This document shows, in pieces, positions 30,352-39,601 of a stretch of DNA of 58,146 nt (within the stretch, counting starts at the first letter, position 1; the number at the start of each line of letters is the position of its first letter). The stretch is taken from the sequence record SRR20825019_428, one strand, 5' to 3'. The notes under the pieces are model-generated. The model had not been told where the DNA came from and did no database searches. It saw nothing but the letters and a program-made list of their open reading frames with translations. The position numbers and the translations under genes were made by a program.

Positions 30352-31046
30352 TGTTGCTGCAGACAAAAGCCCTGAGCCGCCGCTACGGTGGATTGACCGC
30401 CGTAGACCGGGTCGATTTCTCGCTCCCGGAAGGACAGGTACATGCCCTGATCGGCCCGAACGGCGCCGGGAAGAGCACGTTCGTCGGCATGGTCGCCGGA
30501 CGGATCAAGGCCAGCGACGGCGAGGTCTGGTTCGACGGTGCGAATGTCACCCCTCTCCCGGCGCATGCACGCATCCGGCGTGGCATGGCCTACACATTCC
30601 AGATCACGGCGATCTATGCCCGTCTCAGTCTGTTCGACAATGTCGCGCTGGCGCTCGGTTCTCGCGAGGAAGCTGACGTTTTGGCGGTGCTTGACCGGGT
30701 TGGCCTCCGAGACCGGTCAGATCAGACCGCTGGCACCCTTTCCTACGGCCATCAGCGTCTTCTCGAAATCGCTATGGGCGTGGCACAAAACCCGCGTCTG
30801 CTCATTCTTGACGAGCCGACCCAGGGCCTCGCCGAAAGCGAGATCGCGGGTTTCAAGGAGTTGATCGGCCGGCTGCGGGCGGAGACGACGATCCTGCTGA
30901 TCGAACATAATATGGATGTCGTCATGTCGCTCGCCGATGCCATTACCGTGCTTGAGACCGGCCGGGTCCTGGCCTCCGGTACACCCGAGGAAGTTCGCGC
31001 CGATGCACGCGTCCAGCACGCTTATCTGGGGACGGCTCCATGCTGA
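30348..31046 (+). CDS. ABC ATPase (LivG-like)
   Basis: GPNGAGKST; LSYGHQR; LILDEP; IEHNMD. Confidence 0.92.
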   Translation: MMLLQTKALSRRYGGLTAVDRVDFSLPEGQVHALIGPNGAGKSTFVGMVAGRIKASDGEVWFDGANVTPLPAHARIRRGMAYTFQITAIYARLSLFDNVALALGSREEADVLAVLDRVGLRDRSDQTAGTLSYGHQRLLEIAMGVAQNPRLLILDEPTQGLAESEIAGFKELIGRLRAETTILLIEHNMDVVMSLADAITVLETGRVLASGTPEEVRADARVQHAYLGTAPC

Positions 31047-31735
31047 AGCTCGACAGGGTCAGTGCGGGATACGGTCCCGTTCAGGTGCTTCACGAGGTCA
31101 GTTTCGAAGTGGTCCCGGGCGAAGTGCTCTGCCTGCTCGGCCGTAACGGCGCGGGAAAGACCACGACCTTGAAAGCAATCATGGGGCTGGTGAAACCGTC
31201 CGGTGGCAAAGTGCTTCTCGACGGGCAGGACATCAGTGCCCTGCCGGCAGAGCAGGCGCCCAAGCGAGGCATTGGATATATTCCGCAAGGACGGCGTTTG
31301 TTCTCGGAACTCACAGTCGCGGAGAATATCGAAATTGGCCTGATGGCCCGCGACAAGGGAACGGAAACCCGCGAGCGGGTCCTGGAGATGTTTCCCCGCC
31401 TGCGAGAGCGCCTCGATCAGCGCGCCGAGACACTCTCCGGCGGCGAGCAGCAGATGCTGGCGACGGCGCGCGCGCTCTGCCTTGAACCATCGGTTCTCAT
31501 GCTGGACGAGCCGACCGAAGGATTACAGCCGTCGATGATCGATATCATCCGCGAGACCATCGTCGAGATGCGCACACAAGGCGTTGCCGTCATTCTGGTC
31601 GAACAGCGGATCGAGGCGGTTCTGTCTCTGGCGGATCGCGTTGCGTTTCTTGAGAACGGGCACGGACGTGAAATCGTGCCGGTGGCTGATCTCAAATCCG
31701 ATCAGGCGCTCTTGCACAAATATGTCGGCGTGTAA
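31040..31735 (+). CDS. ABC ATPase (LivF-like)
   Basis: GRNGAGKTT; LSGGEQQML; MLDEPTEGL; VEQ. Confidence 0.92.
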   Translation: MLKLDRVSAGYGPVQVLHEVSFEVVPGEVLCLLGRNGAGKTTTLKAIMGLVKPSGGKVLLDGQDISALPAEQAPKRGIGYIPQGRRLFSELTVAENIEIGLMARDKGTETRERVLEMFPRLRERLDQRAETLSGGEQQMLATARALCLEPSVLMLDEPTEGLQPSMIDIIRETIVEMRTQGVAVILVEQRIEAVLSLADRVAFLENGHGREIVPVADLKSDQALLHKYVGV

Positions 31736-31748
31736 CCGGGCCTATCGT

Positions 31749-32180
31749 TCAGACGAGTTTTGCCAGGATGGCTTCCAGTATTTCCGTCTCCTCGGCCGTA
31801 AGCGGCTCAAGCGTTTCTTCCCTGGCCCGAAGGGCTTGAGCATGCGCCGCCTCGAAGGCCGCCTGCCCTTCCTCGGTCAACTCCACGATACGGAGGCGCT
31901 GATCGTTCTGGTCCGGACGCAAAGTCAGAAAGTTCTTGGCCATAAGCCGCTCGACGACCCCCTTGATCGTTGCCGAGTCCATCGCCGTCATGCGCCCCAG
32001 TTTGTTCTGGGACAGAGGACCAAGCTCATAGAGCCGGGCAAGGGTCGCAAACTGTGTCGGCGTCATGCCGTCAACATGCCGACTGAAGATCGCGATATGG
32101 CGCTGGTTGGCCCTGCGAAGGTTAAATCCGACCTGACTTGCAAGCCGGTAGGTGTCGGCGATGTTGCTGCTTTTTCCCAT
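31749..32180 (-). CDS. MarR family regulator, NicR/BpsR-like
   Basis: YRLASQVGFNLRRANQRHIAIF...SQNKLGRMTAMDSATIKGVVERL...DQRLRIVELT; divergent from the Mo-hydroxylase genes. Confidence 0.88.
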   Translation of the reverse strand: MGKSSNIADTYRLASQVGFNLRRANQRHIAIFSRHVDGMTPTQFATLARLYELGPLSQNKLGRMTAMDSATIKGVVERLMAKNFLTLRPDQNDQRLRIVELTEEGQAAFEAAHAQALRAREETLEPLTAEETEILEAILAKLV

Positions 32181-32219
32181 CCGCTTCTATTGACAGGTTG
32201 GCGGGGTTGCCGCAACATC

Positions 32220-32235
32220 CACTTGTATACAAACA
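32220..32235. promoter_or_regulatory. Putative MarR operator, copy 3
   Basis: CACTTGTATACAAACA in the short divergent region between marR and the FAD subunit; TTGACA at 32190-32195. Confidence 0.75.
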
Positions 32236-32248
32236 AGTTTGTGTGTTC

Positions 32249-33106
32249 ATGATGACAGCCACGATGACCTATCTACGACCTGATATGTTAACGTCTGCCT
32301 TGGACGCACTGGCATCGAGACCGCTGACAGTAGCAGCGGGGTGCACTGACCTTTACCCGTCCACCGAACGTAAATCCCTTCCCTACGATGTGCTGGATAT
32401 CACCGGAATCGAGAGCCTCTCCGGAATCCGGCGGGATCAGGACGGCTTGAGGATCGGCGGAACGACAACCTGGGCCGAGATCGCGGAAGCGGATCTGCCG
32501 CCTGCCCTACGCGCCTTGCAACTGGCTGCACGGGAAGTTGGATCAAGGCAGATTCAGAACCGGGGAACAATCGCCGGCAACCTCTGCAATGCCTCACCCG
32601 CGGCGGACGGTGTGCCGCCTCTTCTGGTGCTCGATGCAGAGATCGAGCTGAGTGCATCAAGCGGTGTGCGCATTCTGCCTCTTGCGGACTATCTGACCGG
32701 CCCGCGCAAAACACAGCGGCGACCGGACGAAATCCTGACTGCGGTGAAGATCCCGGCCAAGGCTCTTACCGGAAGCAGTCATTTTCTGAAACTGGGCGCC
32801 CGCACATATCTTGTGATTTCGATCTCTATGGTAGCGGCACGTGTCGTGATCGAAGACGGCATCGTGACTGAAGCCGCTCTGTCGGTTGGCGCTTGCGGGC
32901 CCGTTGCACAACGGCTGGATGCTGGGGAACGCGCTCTGGTCGGCCAGCCACTGAACCCGGATGTGATCACAGACCAGCTCGTCGCGGAGGCGCTGAGCCC
33001 CATCGATGATATCCGCGCGGACGCTGATTATAGAAACACAAGCGCTGCCGAGTTGCTTCGCCGCACGTTGCGCGCACTACAAGCCGGTCCGGGAGACATT
33101 GGATGA
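32249..33106 (+). CDS. Molybdenum hydroxylase FAD-binding subunit (CoxM/XdhB/NdhF-like)
   Basis: AAGCTDL; QIQNRGTIAGNLCNASPAAD; SPIDDIRADADYR. Confidence 0.92.
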   Translation: MMTATMTYLRPDMLTSALDALASRPLTVAAGCTDLYPSTERKSLPYDVLDITGIESLSGIRRDQDGLRIGGTTTWAEIAEADLPPALRALQLAAREVGSRQIQNRGTIAGNLCNASPAADGVPPLLVLDAEIELSASSGVRILPLADYLTGPRKTQRRPDEILTAVKIPAKALTGSSHFLKLGARTYLVISISMVAARVVIEDGIVTEAALSVGACGPVAQRLDAGERALVGQPLNPDVITDQLVAEALSPIDDIRADADYRNTSAAELLRRTLRALQAGPGDIG

Positions 33107-35838
33107 ATGTGCATTCAAGCCGAATGATGCTGACTGTTGCCGGTGAACAGCATGCCATCCTGTCCGAGCCGGGACGTCGGCTGTCCGAGGTACTGCGGGA
33201 TGACCTCGGTCTGAAGAGCGTGAAGATCGGCTGCGATGCCGGCGATTGCGGCGCTTGCACCGTACTGATCGATGGCAGGCAGCATTGCGCGTGCCTCACC
33301 CCCGTTGCCCAGGTTGCCGGACGGCGGGTCGAGACGGTGGAAACCGCCGATCCTGCTCTGATGGGGCAGCTGCAAAAGGCGTTTCTGGCGCACGGTGCGG
33401 CGCAATGCGGCATTTGTACACCGGGCGTTCTGATGGCTTCCATGGAGTTGTTGCACAACAACCAAAATCCCGATATCGCCGAAATTGAGGACACGCTCGC
33501 CGGTGTACTTTGCCGCTGTACCGGCTACAGAAAGATCATATCCGCCATTATGGCTGTCGGATCGTCGATAGAAGAGACAGTCGCCCCCGTTGCCGGGAAA
33601 GCGGTCGGCCACCCGGTGCCGAGACTGGACGGTGCCCGGAAGGTCGACGGCACGGAAATTTTTGGCGCCGACTATGCCCCCGAAGGATCACTTGCGGTTC
33701 GAGCCGTTCGCTCTCCGCACCATCATGCCCGTTTCGAACTCGGCGACATCGTAAAATGGCAGATGGATCATCCCGGTGTCTCCGCCGTAGTGACAGCGGC
33801 GGATATTGAGGGTGAAAACCGGTTCGGTGTTATCCCCCCGCTCGCAGATCAACCGGCCATCGCCGAGGAGATCGCACGCTATCGTGGCGAGCCGGTGGCC
33901 CTGATCGTCGGCGACCCGGACCTGGTCGAGGCGATGGATCTCGAAGGCTTCCCGGTCACATGGACCGCGCTGCCCCATAGCCTGACGCAAGCCGAGGGCG
34001 GAGTGGCTGGTGCCCCCCAATTGCATGAGACCCGCTCGGAGAACACGCTGATCCGGGGCCGCGTTGCCAGTGGAGATCCGGACCAGGCCATGCAATCGGC
34101 GCCGCATGTCGCATCGGGGAGTTTCGAAACTTCCTATGTCGAGCACGCCTATATAGAACCGGAAGCCGGTGCCGCCTGGCTCGATGGCGATACATTGGTG
34201 ATTCAGGCCTGCACGCAAGCGCCTGTGATGGACCGGGACGATACCGCCAAGGTTCTGGGTCTGCCGGTGGAGCGGGTCAGGATCATCCCATCGGCTGCCG
34301 GTGGCGGGTTCGGCTCGAAGCTCGACATCACGGTTCAGCCGCTCCTTGGGCTGGCTGTTCTGAAGACGGGGCGGCCCTGCCGCATGGTTTTCAGCCGGTC
34401 GGAATCCATGCGGGCAAGCACGAAGCGCCACCCCGGTACGCTGGAAGCATCGATTGGCGCGGACGAGGATGGCCGGATCACGTCCATGATCCTGCATGGT
34501 GATTTCAATACCGGCGCCTATGCCAGCTGGGGCCCGACCGTGGCGACCCGTGTCCCCGTGCATGCTTCCGGCCCCTACCTCACCCCGAACTATCGGGCGA
34601 CCAGCCGGGCCATTCATACCAACGGGCCAACGGCAGGGGCGTTCCGGGGCTTCGGCGTGCCGCAGGCGGCCATCTGCCAGGAAGTTCTGTATGACGATCT
34701 GGCCGGGAAATGCGGGATTGATCGGCTGGAATTCCGGCGCCTGAACGCCCTTCGGGATGGCGATGCGACGCCCTCCGGCCAGGTGCTGCAGGCCGTCGGG
34801 ATTGAGGAATGCCTCGACGCGCTCAAGCCCCACTGGGACAGAGCGCTCGCAGAAGCTGCTGCGCATAATGAGGTGTCACCGGTACTGAAACGCGGCATCG
34901 GTGTCGCCTCCTGCTGGTATGGATGCGGGAACACGGCCCTGCCGAACCCGTCTACGATCCGTATCGGCATCACGTCCGGGGGCGCGCTCAAGCTGCACCA
35001 GGGCGCGACCGATATCGGACAGGGCTCGAACACCGTGATCACGCAGATCGCGGCGGATGCGATGGGCGTACCGCTCAGCTTGTTCGAGCTGATCGGTCCG
35101 GACACGGCGCTGACGCCGGATTGCGGCAAGACTTCGGCATCGCGTCAGACCTATATTTCCGGCAAGGCAGCGGAACGCTCGGGCAACGCATTGCGCGACA
35201 CCATCCTGCGCCTGACCAATTTGCCGGGAACGGCGCGTATCGAACTCGGCTCCGGCAAAATCATCGTCAGCCATGGCGATGAACGGCGCGAGATCGATCT
35301 GAACGCGCTTCCGGCAAACCCGGACGGCTATGTCCTGATGGCGGAAGAGACGTACGATCCGCCGACAACCGCACTGGACGAGGACGGTCAGGGCACGCCT
35401 TACGCAGTCTACGGTTACGGCGCGCAAATGGCCGAAGTTGAAGTCGACATGCTTCTCGGCAGGACCAGGGTCATTCGCATCACCGCGGCACATGACCTCG
35501 GGCGGGTCATCAATCCGTTGCTTGCCGAGGGTCAGGTCGAAGGCGGCATCGCGCAAGGACTTGGGCTTGCCCTGATGGAAGAGTTCATCCCGGGCCGCAC
35601 GGAGAACCTGCATGATTATCTGATCCCGACGATCGGAGACATGCCGGAAGTGCAATCGATCTTCATCGAGAAACACGACCCGGAAGGGCCTATGGGGGCC
35701 AAGGGGCTGGGTGAGCATGTGCTGATCCCGACCGCCCCCGCGATCCTGAATGCAATCAGGCACGCATCCGGTGCCCGGATCACAAAAGTCCCCGCCCTGC
35801 CCCATCGTGTGCTCGCGGCGATAAAGGCCTCGCAATGA
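33103..35838 (+). CDS. Molybdenum hydroxylase: fused 2x[2Fe-2S] and molybdopterin-binding subunit (nicotinate dehydrogenase-like)
   Basis: CDAGDCGAC, QCGICTPG, LCRCTGY; Moco motifs GGGFGSK, AFRGFG, DIGQGS, GQVEGG, KGLGE. Confidence 0.92.
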   Translation: MNVHSSRMMLTVAGEQHAILSEPGRRLSEVLRDDLGLKSVKIGCDAGDCGACTVLIDGRQHCACLTPVAQVAGRRVETVETADPALMGQLQKAFLAHGAAQCGICTPGVLMASMELLHNNQNPDIAEIEDTLAGVLCRCTGYRKIISAIMAVGSSIEETVAPVAGKAVGHPVPRLDGARKVDGTEIFGADYAPEGSLAVRAVRSPHHHARFELGDIVKWQMDHPGVSAVVTAADIEGENRFGVIPPLADQPAIAEEIARYRGEPVALIVGDPDLVEAMDLEGFPVTWTALPHSLTQAEGGVAGAPQLHETRSENTLIRGRVASGDPDQAMQSAPHVASGSFETSYVEHAYIEPEAGAAWLDGDTLVIQACTQAPVMDRDDTAKVLGLPVERVRIIPSAAGGGFGSKLDITVQPLLGLAVLKTGRPCRMVFSRSESMRASTKRHPGTLEASIGADEDGRITSMILHGDFNTGAYASWGPTVATRVPVHASGPYLTPNYRATSRAIHTNGPTAGAFRGFGVPQAAICQEVLYDDLAGKCGIDRLEFRRLNALRDGDATPSGQVLQAVGIEECLDALKPHWDRALAEAAAHNEVSPVLKRGIGVASCWYGCGNTALPNPSTIRIGITSGGALKLHQGATDIGQGSNTVITQIAADAMGVPLSLFELIGPDTALTPDCGKTSASRQTYISGKAAERSGNALRDTILRLTNLPGTARIELGSGKIIVSHGDERREIDLNALPANPDGYVLMAEETYDPPTTALDEDGQGTPYAVYGYGAQMAEVEVDMLLGRTRVIRITAAHDLGRVINPLLAEGQVEGGIAQGLGLALMEEFIPGRTENLHDYLIPTIGDMPEVQSIFIEKHDPEGPMGAKGLGEHVLIPTAPAILNAIRHASGARITKVPALPHRVLAAIKASQ

Positions 35839-37268
35839 GCCGCCCCGAAAAAATCCGCTGCGATGCCTGCCCGGTGATGTGTTTCATCGCCGAGGGCCGG
35901 GCTGGAGCCTGTGACCGTTATGCCAACGAGAATGGCAAGATCATTCGCTGCGATCCGCTGACGATCCTGGATAAACGTCTGGCCAAAGGCGATGAGATCA
36001 AGCCGTTTCTCGCCGCCGAATGGGACGGGCACACGGTTTCGGGGAACACGGTGGTTGTCTCCGCTGTCGGTGCGGGCACGACCTATCCGGATTTCAAACC
36101 GGCCCCTTTCATCGTCAGCCGGGAGATCGATGGTGCGGATTTCGTCACCGTCGTCACCGAAGCCATTTTCTCCTATTGCGGCGTCAAGGTGAAGATCGAC
36201 ACCGATCGGCACCTTGGCCACGAGGCGGCGATCGTCCGGGCGGAAGGTGAGCCGGTCGGTCATGTCATGACCTCGGAATACGGCTCGCAAATGCTGTCGC
36301 TCGGTGGCGTCGACCACCTGACCGGGGGCAGCAAGGCCGAAGGCCGCAAGACCTGCGCCGCACTTCTGAGCCTGTGCAACAAGGAGCCGGTCGAACTGAC
36401 CGTGGATGGCGGCTCAACGGTAGTCGTGCAGGCCGGAAAGCCCCCCATCGTGGACGGAACGCCCGAAGAGCGGATGCGCGTCGGCTGCGGATCCGCCGCC
36501 ATCGGCATGTTTGCCTCCCAATGGAAGGGCCTCGTGGACGATGTGGTGGTAGTAGACGATCACATTACCGGCGTTGTCTCGGAGCATCAGGCCGGCAAGG
36601 TCATAGACTGGCCGGATACGGGCATCAGCATTCTCGGGCATCGCTCGACGCCGGGCCGATATTTCCGCGTCGCTGAACCCGGCCTTGGCTGGGGCGGCAC
36701 CAATATCGAGGATCCGCTGAGTATTCTCGGCCCCTGGAAGGAAAAGAAAGGTGCGCGGCCTGGTCTGTCCATCCTCATGGTCTCTACCACCGGTGAGCAT
36801 TCGGGCTATTACGTGCTCGATGATGATTTGCAACCGGTCGCACAACAAATGCCTCAGGAGCTTAGGCGGTCCGTGGAGCTAATTTCTGAGAATTGTGAGC
36901 CCGCACTTTGCACCGTCCTGTTCATGGGCGGTGCGGGCGGCTCGCTCCGCTCGGGGGTTACCCGCAACCCCATCAATCTCACCCGGTCGGTTCAGGGCCG
37001 TAAGACGCAGGTCACGGTTGGCGGTGCCCCGGTCTATGTCTGGCCGGGCGGCGGCATCACCATTATGGCCGATGTCATGCAGACACCCGACGGCGCGTTC
37101 GGCTCCGTTCCCACTCCAGCGCTGGTCGCGCCACTGGAATTTACCGTCAGCCGCGAGGAATACCGGCAGCTCGGCGGGCATGACGATGCCGTCCGCTCTC
37201 TGGAAGACGTTCTTGCACTGGGCGGAGAATATGGCTCTGACAGCCGTATACTCGGAACTGGCGGATGA
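35835..37268 (+). CDS. 6-hydroxynicotinate reductase-like Fe-S flavoprotein
   Basis: CDACPVMC...GACDRY; GAGTTYPDFKPAPFIV, FSYCGVKVKIDTDR, RVGCGSA, WPGGGIT recalled from the Hnr family; context with Mo-hydroxylase. Confidence 0.78.
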   Translation: MSRPEKIRCDACPVMCFIAEGRAGACDRYANENGKIIRCDPLTILDKRLAKGDEIKPFLAAEWDGHTVSGNTVVVSAVGAGTTYPDFKPAPFIVSREIDGADFVTVVTEAIFSYCGVKVKIDTDRHLGHEAAIVRAEGEPVGHVMTSEYGSQMLSLGGVDHLTGGSKAEGRKTCAALLSLCNKEPVELTVDGGSTVVVQAGKPPIVDGTPEERMRVGCGSAAIGMFASQWKGLVDDVVVVDDHITGVVSEHQAGKVIDWPDTGISILGHRSTPGRYFRVAEPGLGWGGTNIEDPLSILGPWKEKKGARPGLSILMVSTTGEHSGYYVLDDDLQPVAQQMPQELRRSVELISENCEPALCTVLFMGGAGGSLRSGVTRNPINLTRSVQGRKTQVTVGGAPVYVWPGGGITIMADVMQTPDGAFGSVPTPALVAPLEFTVSREEYRQLGGHDDAVRSLEDVLALGGEYGSDSRILGTGG

Positions 37269-38110
37269 GTACCGCGCCGCAAGCAGCCATGCTACCGGAC
37301 GGTCAACGGCTGCATCTGCATCACGGTCCGATCGACCTGATTATCCAGGCTTGGGGAGTTGAGCGCCAAACCTGTTATGAGCAGGCCATCGAACGCTTCC
37401 AAACCATCCTGACGGGACTGGTGTCGGAATTGCCCGCCTTGCGCTCACCTGTCTCGCAGAAATCTGCTTTCTCCGACCCGGTTGCGCGCCGTATGGGCGC
37501 CACGGTTGTCGGATACGAGGGCTTTTTCATAACGCCCATGGCCGCCGTCGCCGGAGCGGTCGCGGATGAGATTCTGGCCGCGATGATCTCTGGCTGCAAT
37601 GTATCAAAGGCCTATGTGAATAATGGCGGCGACATCGCCTTTCATCTGTCGGGTGACGAGAACACCGTCGTTGCCGCACCGGGCGGAGCCATCCATATCG
37701 CCGCCACCGATCCGGTGCGCGGGATCGCTACTTCCGGCTGGCGCGGCCGCAGTCATTCGCTCGGGATAGCGGACGCTGTCACGGTCGCGGCCCGGTCGGC
37801 TGCCGATGCCGATGCCGCCGCAACCCTGATCGCCAACGCGGTGGACCTGCCCGGTCACCCCGCCATCGAACGGGTGCCGGCACAGGACATCACGCCTGAC
37901 AGCGACCTTGGCGACCGAAAGGTCACTGTCTCCGTCGGCGCATTGTCGGGCGCCGAGATAACCTTGGCGCTTCAGTCTGGCGAAGCGCTGGCCCAGCGTC
38001 TCGTCTCGGAAGAAAAGATCATCCAGGCATCGCTTATGCTTGAGGGTGATGTCAGGGTCGTTACAGCCAATACAGAAATCACACCCCAAGGAACGCTCGC
38101 TCATGCCTGA
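37265..38110 (+). CDS. UPF0280 family (ApbE-like) protein
   Basis: LHHGPIDL, TPMAAVAGAVAD, NNGGD, IATSG, ADADAAAT; no signal peptide. Confidence 0.85.
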   Translation: MSTAPQAAMLPDGQRLHLHHGPIDLIIQAWGVERQTCYEQAIERFQTILTGLVSELPALRSPVSQKSAFSDPVARRMGATVVGYEGFFITPMAAVAGAVADEILAAMISGCNVSKAYVNNGGDIAFHLSGDENTVVAAPGGAIHIAATDPVRGIATSGWRGRSHSLGIADAVTVAARSAADADAAATLIANAVDLPGHPAIERVPAQDITPDSDLGDRKVTVSVGALSGAEITLALQSGEALAQRLVSEEKIIQASLMLEGDVRVVTANTEITPQGTLAHA

Positions 38111-38684
38111 TTTTTCCGTCCGCAAGATGCAGATGATCATAGAGGAAGTCCGGCATGATGGTGGCCCTGCCCCTGAAACACCGAGGCGACTGGGCGCTGT
38201 TCTGGCCTGCATCCACAATCCGTTTGCCGGCCGTTATGTTGCCGATCTCCAGCCTGCGATGGGGGACTTGAAGCCTCTCGGCCTGGAAATGAGCGAACGC
38301 CTGATCGCTGCGCTCGGTGGCGCGGACCGTATCGACGGTTACGGCAAGGCGATGCTGGTCGGCGAGAATGGAGAACTCGAGCATGGCGCGCTCTGGCATG
38401 TACCCGGCGGTTATGCGATGCGCCAGCTCCTGGGTGATTCCAACGCGATCGTGCCATCCAACATGAAACGTGGCGGTGTCGGCTCGACATTGGACATCCC
38501 GCTCGGCCACATAAATGCGGCCTATGTACGGAGCCATTTCGACGGTTTCGAAGTCCGCTTGCCGGATGGACCGCGCGCGGACGAAATGGTCCTGGCACTG
38601 GCTATGTCGTGCGGCGGCCGCGTCCATAGCCGCATGGGCGGCCTGGAAGCTCGGGACGTGAAAGGCGAAGACGGTCTCAGATAG
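38103..38684 (+). CDS. Amino acid synthesis family protein (DUF1185)
   Basis: NPFAGRYV, YGKAMLVGENGELEHG, YVRSHFD, PRADE. Confidence 0.85.
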   Translation: MPDFSVRKMQMIIEEVRHDGGPAPETPRRLGAVLACIHNPFAGRYVADLQPAMGDLKPLGLEMSERLIAALGGADRIDGYGKAMLVGENGELEHGALWHVPGGYAMRQLLGDSNAIVPSNMKRGGVGSTLDIPLGHINAAYVRSHFDGFEVRLPDGPRADEMVLALAMSCGGRVHSRMGGLEARDVKGEDGLR

Positions 38685-38700
38685 GCCTGCACCCAAATAT

Positions 38701-38716
38701 TGCTTGTGTACAAGCA
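38701..38716. promoter_or_regulatory. Putative MarR operator, copy 4
   Basis: TGCTTGTGTACAAGCA, near-perfect palindrome upstream of fpr. Confidence 0.7.
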
Positions 38717-38763
38717 ATCTCTGTCACGGCAGAATATGAGCTGGATTTCGATGGAGATTTGTC

Positions 38764-39594
38764 ATGTCGGACGCGATGCAGGAAGCAGACGGTAACGAAA
38801 CGACCCATCAGGGTTTTGCGATCCCGGCAGGGGTTTATGCCGAGCCGGTCCTTTCCGTGAAACATTATACGGACCGTCTGTTCTCATTCCGGATAGCACG
38901 CCCTGCCGCCTTCCGCTTCCGGTCCGGAGAATTCGTGATGATCGGTCTTCCCAATGCCGAAAAGCCGGTCTTCCGCGCCTATTCCATCGCCTCGCCATCC
39001 TGGGACGAAGAGCTGGAATTCTATTCCATCAAGGTTCCGGACGGGCCGCTGACGGAACATCTGCAAAAGATCCAGCCGGGCGACACGGTGCTGCTGCGCA
39101 AGAAGTCTGTCGGTACCCTAGTCAACGATGCCCTGATCCCGGGCAAGCGGCTTTGGCTGTTCTCGACGGGAACGGGCATCGCACCCTTCGTCAGCGTCAT
39201 CCGCGATCCCGAAACCTACGACAAGTTCGAACAGGTCATCCTGTGTCACACCTGCCGTGAAGTGGACGAACTGACATATGGTTACGAGATCGTCGAAGCG
39301 ACCAAATCGGATCCGTTGATTGGCGAAGAAGCGACCGCGAAACTTGTCCATTACGCAACGACGACACGGCAAGACAGCCCGCATATGGGCCGGATCACCG
39401 ATCTCATTCAGAGCGGCAAACTGTTCTCGGATCTAGGCCTGCCTCCCCTCGATCCCAAGGCGGATCGCGGAATGATCTGCGGCTCCATGGATTTTCTGAA
39501 AGACACCAAACGGATCCTGGAAGAAGCCGGTCTCTCGGAAGGCGCAAACTCGAATCCTGGCGAATTCGTCGTGGAACGTGCTTTTGTCGACTGA
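38764..39594 (+). CDS. fpr: Ferredoxin--NADP+ reductase
   Basis: FRSGEFVMIGL, RAYSIAS, GTGIAPF, MICGS, C-terminal VERAFVD. Confidence 0.93.
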   Translation: MSDAMQEADGNETTHQGFAIPAGVYAEPVLSVKHYTDRLFSFRIARPAAFRFRSGEFVMIGLPNAEKPVFRAYSIASPSWDEELEFYSIKVPDGPLTEHLQKIQPGDTVLLRKKSVGTLVNDALIPGKRLWLFSTGTGIAPFVSVIRDPETYDKFEQVILCHTCREVDELTYGYEIVEATKSDPLIGEEATAKLVHYATTTRQDSPHMGRITDLIQSGKLFSDLGLPPLDPKADRGMICGSMDFLKDTKRILEEAGLSEGANSNPGEFVVERAFVD

Positions 39595-39601
39595 GCTAAA
39601 C

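Noticed and set aside
33103-35838. Fusion of 2Fe-2S and Moco subunits as a novelty
   Set aside because: This fusion is well known among xanthine oxidase family enzymes
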